From sequence record SRR16203515_2548: a stretch of 46,623 nucleotides of DNA; one strand, 5' to 3'. The notes beneath the pieces were generated by a model. It was not told the DNA's origin and did not search any database. It saw only the letters and a list, made by a program, of their open reading frames with translations. Every line of letters starts with the position of its first letter. The stretch's first letter is position 1. This document shows positions 1 through 8,570 of the stretch, piece by piece. A program made the position numbers and the translations under genes.

Positions 1-558
1 GCTTCAACAGTTAATGAAACTTCTGATTTAGTTTCTAACTCACCATCACTGACAACTACTTGTAATGTAACTACTGTATCACTGCTAACATCTGGCGCAG
101 TCACTGTAATTTGAGCAGTATCAGTTGCAGACAACGTAACTCCAACATTCGTGACTTCAGACCAGGTATAAGTCAAAGTATCATCTTGAGCATCTGTTGC
201 GGCGACAGAAACTTGAAGACTTTCACCCTCTTGCACAGTTGCAGCCGCTGTAATTTCAGCTGTTGGTGCGGTATTAACTTCAGCTTCAATGGTTAATGTC
301 ACTTCAGCTTTAGTTTCTAGTTCTCCATCATTAACAACAACTTGAAGTGTAATAGTTGTATCACTATCAACCTCTGGCGCTGTCATCGTAATCTGCGCAG
401 AGTCAGTGGCAGAAAGTGTAACACCCACGGTGGTTACTTCAGACCAAGTATAGGTCAAAGTATCGTCTTGAGCATCTGTCGCAGCAACAGATATTTGTAC
501 ACTCTCGCCTTCTTTAACAGTGGCATCAGCTGTAATTTCAGCCGTTGGCTTAGTATTA
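1..558 (-). repeat. Two tandem 282-nt (94-aa) Ig/PKD-like coding repeats in nuclease A
   Basis: Units start NTKPTAEITA (558) and NTAPTAEITA (276). Both contain AATDAQDDTLTYTWSEVT and DGELETK. GTATTAACT recurs at 271 and 553. Confidence 0.9.
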
Positions 559-2552
559 ACTACTGGCGCATCACCACAAGCAGCTCCAAATATTTCTTTA
601 ACCCACTCTGGGCGATCAATAAATGGATTACGATTTCCTTGGAACTCAAACACTACATTATTACGGTTACGCTCAAAGTCACTGACTGGATCTTCTTGAT
701 GCCAAGTATAAAGTGTACATAATTTTCCAAGTTCAGGAGAACCATTCTCAGTACCAACTTTATCAACTAATACAAGATTAGGCGTATTATCACTTGCCGC
801 ACCTTCATAACGAACGTCCATATAAAATAGCATACGAGCAACATCACCTTTCATTTGATCACGAGGTTCAAATGAATCACCATCTTTTTTGTTTTCCGGT
901 GCTTCAGTAATAGGCTCTCCACCCAGATCAAAATCTAAATTACTTCGAGCTGAATTAATAGAAGCGTCTGCTGGACGTAAGTGATGTGCATCAGTATAAG
1001 CATATTGATTTTGCTCAGGGAATCCATGACTCTTCGCCCAAACATGCTCACGGTTCCAATTGTCACCGCCATTACCTTTTAGGCCCGCATTTAACCCTTT
1101 ACCAATAGATGTACCTTTATAGATTAGAGCTACTTTACCGTCATCGATCGGATCTTGATCAGAATGAGTCACCACAGTCCACACTTCACTGTAAGTCAGC
1201 TTTTTATGATCTTTGCTAATGTCTTTATTAATCGCAGCGCGTAGTTCTCCACTTGCAGCAGTTAATGCATTCGCATAATAAGTGTTTTCTTTGTAATCTT
1301 CTTGCTTAGTCACTTTGGCAAGATCAGGACAGTTGGTACATTCGTCAGCTGTCGGCTCTGGTATTAATTCAACACCAGTACACTCACCTTCACCAATACA
1401 ACCTAGACCATTACTAGTATCTTTATCTAATACAATCCATTCACTAACGCCAGCTCCCGGATACTCATCACCAGGAATCTTATCGCCAGCAGTTACCGTA
1501 TTTTTACGACGCAAGGTTTTATCTTTTGAATTGAAATCACCATTGCTCCAAGAGTCACCAGGATCTGTTCCTAACTGACCAAAACTATCTACAATCTCAT
1601 CGTTTAATGTCAGTAGCAGTGCATCATCACCATTAAACCAAGTAACTCTAGATTCTGCACCATTAAGGATTTGAAACTCACGGTCAGCACCTGAATTGTA
1701 TAAAACAAAAACAGCTTTAGGTGCTAAGCTGCCATTCATTTCATAAGTCGAGCTAGCATTACTGAAATCAGCACCGTTAGAGTGAATTGAAACTTTGTAG
1801 CCTGTTAAATCAACTGCAGTATCTGATGTGTTAGCTATTTCAATTGCCTTGTTGTTGCTTCCACCTTCAACGTATTCTGAGAAGATCAACGGAGATTCAA
1901 CCGATGGAAAATTAACAACCGGAGGTGGTGTTGGAGTAGGAGTAGGCGTTGGTGTCGAACTTCCTTCGCAAGCGTTTACACCATCACAACCAAGACCGTC
2001 AGAGGTGTCTTTATCAAACACTTGCCACTGCACAGTATTACCAGGGAAGGCATCATCGGCAACGCTATCGCCCGTGGTAACGCTTTCTAAGCGACGTAGA
2101 GTTTTGTCTTTAGTTGCAAAACCATTTTCGCCATTCCAAGATGAACCAGGATCATTACCCACTTGACCAAAGCTATCAACAACCACGCCGTTTAACGTTA
2201 ATGTCAATGCATCATCGCCATTAAACCAAGTGACTGTAGACTCTATACCTTGTGGGGCAGGCTTTTTAAATGCATCAGTTGCATCTTTGTTATAGATAAC
2301 AAGGCTTTTTCCTGCTTCTAATGAACCAGTCAAAGTCTGTGGATTTTTCGCGTCAGTAGCGCCATTAGAATGTAGATTTAACACGTAGCCTGTCAGATCT
2401 AAAGTTGCACTACCGCGGTTAGTCAGCTCAACAACTTTATTGTTACCGCCCCCTTCGATGTACTCTGTGATAATTAAATCGGCATGAGCGACGCTCGACA
2501 GCGCGAGTGCACAAGTTAATGCGCTTAGCTTTATTGTTTTAGTTATTTTCAT
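1..2552 (-). CDS. Secreted multidomain nuclease A (signal peptide, 2 lamin-tail domains, Bsn/endonuclease I-family core, at least 2 Ig/PKD-like repeats); 3' end runs off the window
   Basis: Not in the ORF track because no stop lies in the window. Hand translation from ATG 2552 gives MKITKTIKLSALTCALALSSVAHA|DLIITEYIEGGGNNK...WNREHVWAKSHG...DAHHLRPAD...QGNRNPFIDRPEW...VSLTVEA. Segments I translated at the start, middle and end share one frame. Collinear paralog of 2679..5063. Confidence 0.9.
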   Translation of the reverse strand, partial: MKITKTIKLSALTCALALSSVAHADLIITEYIEGGGNNKVVELTNRGSATLDLTGYVLNLHSNGATDAKNPQTLTGSLEAGKSLVIYNKDATDAFKKPAPQGIESTVTWFNGDDALTLTLNGVVVDSFGQVGNDPGSSWNGENGFATKDKTLRRLESVTTGDSVADDAFPGNTVQWQVFDKDTSDGLGCDGVNACEGSSTPTPTPTPTPPPVVNFPSVESPLIFSEYVEGGSNNKAIEIANTSDTAVDLTGYKVSIHSNGADFSNASSTYEMNGSLAPKAVFVLYNSGADREFQILNGAESRVTWFNGDDALLLTLNDEIVDSFGQLGTDPGDSWSNGDFNSKDKTLRRKNTVTAGDKIPGDEYPGAGVSEWIVLDKDTSNGLGCIGEGECTGVELIPEPTADECTNCPDLAKVTKQEDYKENTYYANALTAASGELRAAINKDISKDHKKLTYSEVWTVVTHSDQDPIDDGKVALIYKGTSIGKGLNAGLKGNGGDNWNREHVWAKSHGFPEQNQYAYTDAHHLRPADASINSARSNLDFDLGGEPITEAPENKKDGDSFEPRDQMKGDVARMLFYMDVRYEGAASDNTPNLVLVDKVGTENGSPELGKLCTLYTWHQEDPVSDFERNRNNVVFEFQGNRNPFIDRPEWVKEIFGAACGDAPVVNTKPTAEITADATVKEGESVQISVAATDAQDDTLTYTWSEVTTVGVTLSATDSAQITMTAPEVDSDTTITLQVVVNDGELETKAEVTLTIEAEVNTAPTAEITAAATVQEGESLQVSVAATDAQDDTLTYTWSEVTNVGVTLSATDTAQITVTAPDVSSDTVVTLQVVVSDGELETKSEVSLTVE

Positions 2553-2629
2553 GATTTTTCCATGATTAAAGACGCAAATGCGCCAATACAAAATCAGAAC
2601 TATGGAAATACTTCTAATTTCAATGAAAT

Positions 2630-2664
2630 AAAAAAGCCTAACTAGTTAAATAAATTAGGCTTTT
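2630..2664 (-). terminator. Intrinsic terminator after nuclease B
   Basis: AAAAGCCTAA-N13-TTAGGCTTTT inverted repeat with a U-tract on the minus strand, just downstream of the stop at 2679. Confidence 0.75.
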
Positions 2665-2678
2665 AGGATCAATGGTTG

Positions 2679-5063
2679 CTAGAACCAAAATTTAGAAAAC
2701 AGAGATTGCAACCAAGCAAAGTACGCTAAAATACGTTTGATGTAGGCAATTGCCGCTGCAACAGCAGGATGAATTGGCGCTGGTTTAGCTTCAACAACAA
2801 TAGAAACGTCACTTTCAACTGAGAATTCACCATCAGACACAGCTAGCATGAAGGCTACTGTTGTATCTTCGTCAATTTCCGGAGCCGTGAAGCTTAATGT
2901 TGCATTCGTCGCGTCAAACTCTACAGCGGGACCAGTCGTTTGCGTCCAAAGGTAAGTTAATTCATCACCTTCAGCATCAACTGCTGCTGCAGTAATAGAT
3001 ACTGACTCGCCTTCAGTCACAGCATCAACTGTTGGAATGTCTAAAGTTGGTGCTGTATTTACGATTGGTGCATCACCACAAGCGGCGCCAAAGATTTGCT
3101 GTACCCATTCAGGACGATCGATAAATGGGTTACGGTTACCTTGGAATTCGAATACAACATTATTACGATTACGCTCCCAATCACTTACCGGATCAGCTTG
3201 GTGCCAAGCATAAAGCGTACATAGTTTACCTAATTCAGGAGAGCCATTTTCAGTACCAACGCGATCAACTAATACAAGATCTGGTGTGTTGTCTGAAGCC
3301 GCACCTTCGTAACGCACATCCATGTAGAACAGCATACGCGCAACGTCACCCTTCATGGTGTCACGAGGTTCAAATGAATCACCATCTTTTGCATTTTCAG
3401 GTGCTTCAGTAATTGGTGTACCACCATTATCAAAATCTAAGTTACTACGCTCTGAGTTTACTGATGCGTCTGCAGGACGCAGATGATGTGCGTCAGTGTA
3501 AGCAAATTGACCTTGGTCAGGGAAGCCATGACTCTTAGCCCAAACGTGCTCACGATTCCAAGCGTCACCGCTGTTACCAATTTTGCCTGCATTTAAGCCT
3601 TTACCAATTGAACGACCTGTGTAAATTTCAATAACTTTACCAGCATCATTTGGATCTTCATCAGAATGCGTAACAACAGTCCAAACTTCACTGTACGTTA
3701 ATTTTTTCTGATTTTTAGTGATATCTTGATTAATAGCGCCACGTAGTTCTTCATCAGAAGCCACTAATGCATTAGCGTAATAAACGTTTTCATTGTACGT
3801 TGCACGATCAGCAATTTTAGCGACCGTTGGGCAGTTAGTGCATTCGTCATCATTTGGTTGAACTTCTGGAATACGCTCAACGTCAGGGCATACTTGATCA
3901 CCAAAACAGCCTAGACCATCGCTAGTATCTTTTGGTAAAACAATCCACTCACTGACACCAACGCCTGGGTATTCATCACCAACGATTTTATCACCAGCAA
4001 CTACACTGCTTTTACGACGAAGTGTTTTATCTTTACTATTAAAATCGCCATTTGACCATGACGTACCGGGATCGCTACCGTATTGACCAAAGCTGTCAAC
4101 CACAGCTCCGTTTAATAGTAATAAAATAGTGTCATCACCATTAAATGCCGTAACGTTTGATTCAATACCATCGGCAATTTTGAATGCGTTTGCAGCGCCT
4201 TTGTTATAAATAACTAAGGTACCTTGAGAAGCTAATGCACCTGATAAATCAAGAGTGTATTTAGCATCAGTTGCGCCATTTGAATACATCGCTATTGAAT
4301 AACCAGCAAGAGCTAATTCTGTCGTCGCAGTATTCGCGATCTCAATCGCTTTATTAAAGCTACCACCTTCAATGTATTCAGAAAATATTAATGGCGATTC
4401 GGCTGTTGGTAATTCTGATGGGGGAGTTGGTTCAACTGGATCGATTGGGTCAACTGGTGGAGTGACGCTGCCGTCACAAGCTTCAACACCATCACAGCCT
4501 AAACCACTTGCAGTGTCTTTATCGAATGTTTGCCATTGTGACTCTACAGCAGGAAATGCATCATCAACTATTACATCACCTGTGACGACATTTTCAAGAC
4601 GTCTTAACGTTCTATCTTTCGTATCAAAGCCATTTGCACCAGTCCAAGACGAGCCAGGATCTGTACCTACTTGACCAAAGCTATCAACAACGACACCATT
4701 TAAGGTCAGCGTTAATGCATCATCGCCATTGAAAAAGGTCACTGAAGATTCAATGCCTTGTGGTGCTGGCTTTTTAAATGAATCGGTTGCTCGGCTATTA
4801 TAGAGAACTAAGCTAGCACCAGCTGCTAATTCCCCTGTTAATTCTTGTGGATTACGGGCATCTGTTCCGCCGTTAGAATGAAGATTTAAAACATACCCTG
4901 TTAAATCTAATGCTTCTGAACCACGGTTAGTTAATTCGACAGCTTTGTTATTACTTCCGCCCTCAACATACTCAGTAATAATTAAATCTGCTTGTGCGGC
5001 GGTTGATACGCCAAGTGCTAAAGCTAATGCACTTAATTGTAGCTTGTTAGTTATTTTCATCAT
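2679..5063 (-). CDS. Secreted multidomain nuclease B (signal peptide, 2 lamin-tail domains, Bsn/endonuclease I-family core, 1 Ig/PKD-like domain, amphipathic C-tail)
   Basis: Motifs NREHVWAKSHG, DAHHLRPAD..VNS.R.N, FEPRD..KGDVAR, QGNRNPFID. LTD starts LIITEYVEG and LIFSEYIEG. Start moved from 5150 to ATG 5063 (or 5060), which has a GGA RBS, a signal peptide ending AQA and matches paralog A. Confidence 0.9.
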   Translation of the reverse strand: MMKITNKLQLSALALALGVSTAAQADLIITEYVEGGSNNKAVELTNRGSEALDLTGYVLNLHSNGGTDARNPQELTGELAAGASLVLYNSRATDSFKKPAPQGIESSVTFFNGDDALTLTLNGVVVDSFGQVGTDPGSSWTGANGFDTKDRTLRRLENVVTGDVIVDDAFPAVESQWQTFDKDTASGLGCDGVEACDGSVTPPVDPIDPVEPTPPSELPTAESPLIFSEYIEGGSFNKAIEIANTATTELALAGYSIAMYSNGATDAKYTLDLSGALASQGTLVIYNKGAANAFKIADGIESNVTAFNGDDTILLLLNGAVVDSFGQYGSDPGTSWSNGDFNSKDKTLRRKSSVVAGDKIVGDEYPGVGVSEWIVLPKDTSDGLGCFGDQVCPDVERIPEVQPNDDECTNCPTVAKIADRATYNENVYYANALVASDEELRGAINQDITKNQKKLTYSEVWTVVTHSDEDPNDAGKVIEIYTGRSIGKGLNAGKIGNSGDAWNREHVWAKSHGFPDQGQFAYTDAHHLRPADASVNSERSNLDFDNGGTPITEAPENAKDGDSFEPRDTMKGDVARMLFYMDVRYEGAASDNTPDLVLVDRVGTENGSPELGKLCTLYAWHQADPVSDWERNRNNVVFEFQGNRNPFIDRPEWVQQIFGAACGDAPIVNTAPTLDIPTVDAVTEGESVSITAAAVDAEGDELTYLWTQTTGPAVEFDATNATLSFTAPEIDEDTTVAFMLAVSDGEFSVESDVSIVVEAKPAPIHPAVAAAIAYIKRILAYFAWLQSLFSKFWF

Positions 5064-5331
5064 TGGATTCCATGATTTTTTATAATACGTTAAACACGTT
5101 TGTAAAATTGGCGTTGATGCGGGCTCAGCTACTGAGCAATAAAACATCAAAAGAAAAGTTAATTTTTCTTAATTTCTCAATTTTCAGGCATTTAACCTAA
5201 GTCCAAAAGCATTGTCCACAGACCAAAATCAGTACAAAAGAACCACAAGTGATTTATTTAAATATAAAAGGTTGAATTAAATAACATTATCAAAACCAGC
5301 GAGTAATTATTACAATATTGCAACATATTAA

Positions 5332-5353
5332 ATGCGTGACAGGTATCACATAG
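5332..5353. promoter_or_regulatory. CRP-like binding site upstream of nuclease B
   Basis: Minus strand TGTGA-TACCTG-TCACG, 9/10 match to the TGTGA-N6-TCACA core. Confidence 0.55.
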
Positions 5354-5519
5354 ATATTCAGACAGAATAAAAAACAACCGACTTTTCAAGGGCTAGTTCA
5401 CATATCAATAATCTGTCACTAGTGACAGGTATCCACCTCCAATCATTGTTAATTACTTGTTAAAATCATGAATTCCTGATTTTGCGTGACTCAGTGTAAT
5501 ATTTTGTCACAGCTAGCAC

Positions 5520-5548
5520 TTGCGATTTAATCACACGGCGTATATTGT
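5520..5548 (+). promoter_or_regulatory. Putative sigma70 promoter of recG
   Basis: TTGCGA-17 bp-TATTGT, 30 nt upstream of the ATG. Confidence 0.5.
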
Positions 5549-5578
5549 CAAACAACACTAAGCTCGACTAAGAAATCA

Positions 5579-7660
5579 ATGTTACATCGCACCAGCATGC
5601 TTACTTCCCCTCTCACCGATCTCAAAGGCGTTGGTGAGAAAATGGCGCAACGTCTCGAAAAAATAGATTTAAGAACAATAGAAGACATGCTGTTTCATTT
5701 ACCCAGTCGATACGAAGATCGCACTAAGCTCTATTTCCTCAATCAACTCGTTCCTGGTGAGCACGTCAGTTTTATTGCTACAATCGAACATAGTGAAATA
5801 ACCAGCGGTCGTCGACGTATGCTGATATGTCATGTAAGTGACGATTTTGGACGTGCTTCGTTGCTATTTTTCAATTTTGCTGCAAGTCAAAGAAATGCCT
5901 TACAGGCTGGACGAAAAATACGTTGTTTTGGTGAAATCAAACGAGGTAGCCGCGGTATTGAAATTGTTCACCCCGAATATAAGTTTGTTGACGAATATAG
6001 CCAGATTGAGACTCAAGAATCATTAACAGCTGTTTATCCAACTACCGATGGCGTTAAACAAATCACTATGCGCAATATCGCGCAACAAGCGATAGATTAT
6101 TTAAAGCGCTTTGAAATTACAGACCTTTTACCGCCAAACCTGTACGCGCAACAATCAACATTAAAAGAAGCACTTTTATATATCCATCAGCCGCCACCAG
6201 AGGCCGATGTAGAGCTATTGACTATAGGTCAGCATCCAATGCAGCAACGTTTAGCACTCGAAGAACTCATTGCTCATAACTTATCAATGCTTCAAGCCAA
6301 GCAACAAACGCAAAGCTTAAAATCGGTCATCATAAATCCAATTAACGCGCTTGAAGAAAAGTTATTATCTTCACTGCCATTTTCTCCAACAAATGCACAA
6401 CAACGCGTCATTAGCGAAATAAAACAAGACATGACTTTAGATCAACCGATGATGCGATTGGTACAAGGGGACGTTGGTTCAGGGAAAACGCTTGTTGCAG
6501 CCTTAGCATCTCTCGGCCCGTTGTCCCAAGGCCACCAAGTCGTATTAATGGCGCCTACAGAGCTATTAGCAGAACAACATGCCATTAACTTCGAGCACTG
6601 GTTAGCCCCTTTAGGCCTTAAAGTTGGTTGGTTAGCAGGAAAATTAAAAGGAAAGAAGCGCGAAAAAACAATGCAAGAAATAGCTGATGGTACAGTCAAT
6701 ATGATTGTCGGTACTCATGCTGTTTTTCAACCTGATGTTAATTATTTCAATCTCGCATTAGTTATTATTGACGAACAGCACAGGTTTGGCGTACAACAGC
6801 GCCTCGCATTGCGAGAAAAGGGCTTACATAATAATTGTTACCCTCATCAACTTGTCATGACCGCCACTCCGATACCTCGCACCCTAGCCATGACAGCATA
6901 CGCCGATTTAGACACGTCGATCATTGATGAACTACCGCCAGGAAGAACTCCTGTGAAAACTGTAGCAATTGGTGATATGAGACGAGAGGAAGTCATCGAG
7001 CGCGTAAAGAACGCTTGTCTCAATGGCCGTCAAAGCTACTGGGTATGTACCCTGATTGACGAGTCAGAAGTGCTGCAATGTCAAGCAGCGGAGCAAACTG
7101 CAACGGAACTAACGGCGTTATTAACAGACTTAAAAGTAGGTTTAGTTCATGGCCGGATGAGTGCCAAAGAAAAACAAATGGTGATGGAGTCATTTAAGCA
7201 AGGCGACATTCATCTTCTAGTTGCTACAACTGTCATTGAAGTTGGTGTTGATGTACCTAATGCAAGCTTAATGATTATTGAAAATCCAGAACGTCTTGGG
7301 TTAGCCCAACTTCATCAGCTACGTGGACGAGTTGGTCGTGGCAGTGTTGAAAGCCATTGTGTGTTGCTATACAAAACACCATTGTCCTACACCGCAAACA
7401 AACGATTAGGCGTACTAAGAGAAACCAATGATGGTTTTGTAATTGCCCAAAAAGATCTTGAGATCCGCGGCCCTGGTGAAGTGTTAGGTACCAAACAAAC
7501 CGGCTTAGCAGATTTAAAAATTGCTGATTTAGTAAGAGATCAGCAATTAGTACCACAGGTTGGCTATTTAGCTAACCAGTTAATTATTCATTACCCACAG
7601 TGGGTTGGTCCCATTGTAAAACGCTGGCTTGGGAATAAAAGTCACTTTAGCCAAGCGTAA
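5579..7660 (+). CDS. recG: ATP-dependent DNA helicase RecG
   Basis: LKGVG N-terminus, QGDVGSGKT, DEQH, MTATPIPRT, QLRGRVGRG, DLEIRGPGE; 693 aa. Confidence 0.98.
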   Translation: MLHRTSMLTSPLTDLKGVGEKMAQRLEKIDLRTIEDMLFHLPSRYEDRTKLYFLNQLVPGEHVSFIATIEHSEITSGRRRMLICHVSDDFGRASLLFFNFAASQRNALQAGRKIRCFGEIKRGSRGIEIVHPEYKFVDEYSQIETQESLTAVYPTTDGVKQITMRNIAQQAIDYLKRFEITDLLPPNLYAQQSTLKEALLYIHQPPPEADVELLTIGQHPMQQRLALEELIAHNLSMLQAKQQTQSLKSVIINPINALEEKLLSSLPFSPTNAQQRVISEIKQDMTLDQPMMRLVQGDVGSGKTLVAALASLGPLSQGHQVVLMAPTELLAEQHAINFEHWLAPLGLKVGWLAGKLKGKKREKTMQEIADGTVNMIVGTHAVFQPDVNYFNLALVIIDEQHRFGVQQRLALREKGLHNNCYPHQLVMTATPIPRTLAMTAYADLDTSIIDELPPGRTPVKTVAIGDMRREEVIERVKNACLNGRQSYWVCTLIDESEVLQCQAAEQTATELTALLTDLKVGLVHGRMSAKEKQMVMESFKQGDIHLLVATTVIEVGVDVPNASLMIIENPERLGLAQLHQLRGRVGRGSVESHCVLLYKTPLSYTANKRLGVLRETNDGFVIAQKDLEIRGPGEVLGTKQTGLADLKIADLVRDQQLVPQVGYLANQLIIHYPQWVGPIVKRWLGNKSHFSQA

Positions 7661-7673
7661 AGAGGATTTATAA

Positions 7674-8570
7674 ATGCAAGAAAATCAAAGTTCAACAGAA
7701 ACGAAAGCGCCGATGAAGATTTATGCGATTGGTGCATTAGTTCTAGTATCAGTAGTCGCCGGTGTTGTCATCCTCAATGAAAAAACACCGCCACCAGCAA
7801 CACCGATCGAAATTGTTGAACCCAAAGTTATACCCGCAGCAGAAATTGAAGTTGAACCCACGCCAGATCCAATTGCTGAGCCCACAAAGGTTACTGAAGA
7901 AAAAGCGGTAATTCCTAAAGTAGTAGAAACAGAAATCATAGAGCCTGAAATTGAGCCAGAGCCAGAACCAGAGCCGCTTCCTAAGTTAGATGAGTCAGAT
8001 ACATTAGCTGTTGATAAAGCAAAGGAACTATCTTGGCTACCAACGGCAACTAAGTACATAAATAATAAAGACTTAATAAGAAATTTCGTTACTTTTATAG
8101 ACAATGCATCACGTGGTGATCTTGCCGCGAAGTTCAGCCCGATCGTATCGCCCACTGCTAAGTTTTCAATTAATGAAATCGAACAAGAGATGTATATCGA
8201 TCCCGAAAGTTACAAACGTTATACACCGTATGTTGATACCATCAATTCACTCAATGTTGATATGGCAATAAACGCCTTAGTCTTTATGACTCCACTCATT
8301 GATGAAGCCTATATGGAGTTAGGGTATGACAAAGGAGCTTTCACTAACACTTTAAATCAAGCACTAGCTGAAATGTTGCAAGCGCCTGTGATTAGAAATC
8401 CAATTAAAGTTGTTGCACCATCGGCGATGTACAAATACGCAGATCCACAACTAGAAGGTTTATCTGACATTCAAAAGCTTATGCTGAGAATGGGGCCAGA
8501 CAACATCACCAAACTGCGCCCTAAATTACAACAAATTCATGGTGCTTTAGAGCAGCTAGAATTAAGGTAA
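7674..8570 (+). CDS. DUF3014-family membrane-anchored protein
   Basis: N-terminal TM, Pro/Glu-rich linker (EPEPEPEPLP), LPKLDESD, SYKRYTPYV, YKYADPQLEGLS..QKLMLRMGPDN. Confidence 0.8.
   Translation: MQENQSSTETKAPMKIYAIGALVLVSVVAGVVILNEKTPPPATPIEIVEPKVIPAAEIEVEPTPDPIAEPTKVTEEKAVIPKVVETEIIEPEIEPEPEPEPLPKLDESDTLAVDKAKELSWLPTATKYINNKDLIRNFVTFIDNASRGDLAAKFSPIVSPTAKFSINEIEQEMYIDPESYKRYTPYVDTINSLNVDMAINALVFMTPLIDEAYMELGYDKGAFTNTLNQALAEMLQAPVIRNPIKVVAPSAMYKYADPQLEGLSDIQKLMLRMGPDNITKLRPKLQQIHGALEQLELR

Noticed and set aside
600..3700. Similar nuclease-core DNA in two copies as a possible DGR template/variable repeat or silent cassette
   Set aside because: Both copies lie in intact genes, differences look mostly synonymous rather than adenine-specific, and no reverse transcriptase or recombinase is in the window.
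111..4674. Plus-strand ORFs 111-296, 342-722, 1315-1578, 1828-2166, 3125-3412 and 4372-4674, some similar to each other
   Set aside because: Antisense shadows of the two nuclease genes; their mutual similarity mirrors the repeated LTD and Ig domains.
5064..5150. ORF-track N-terminal extension of nuclease B from TTG 5150
   Set aside because: The signal peptide, RBS and paralog alignment all point to ATG 5063/5060.
5521..5535. TGCGA-TTTAA-TCACA as a CRP/CRP-S site
   Set aside because: Spacer is 5 bp rather than 6; better explained as the recG -35 element.
7721..8155. 144-aa antisense ORF with a GSGSGSGS run
   Set aside because: Reverse complement of the Glu-Pro linker of the DUF3014 gene.
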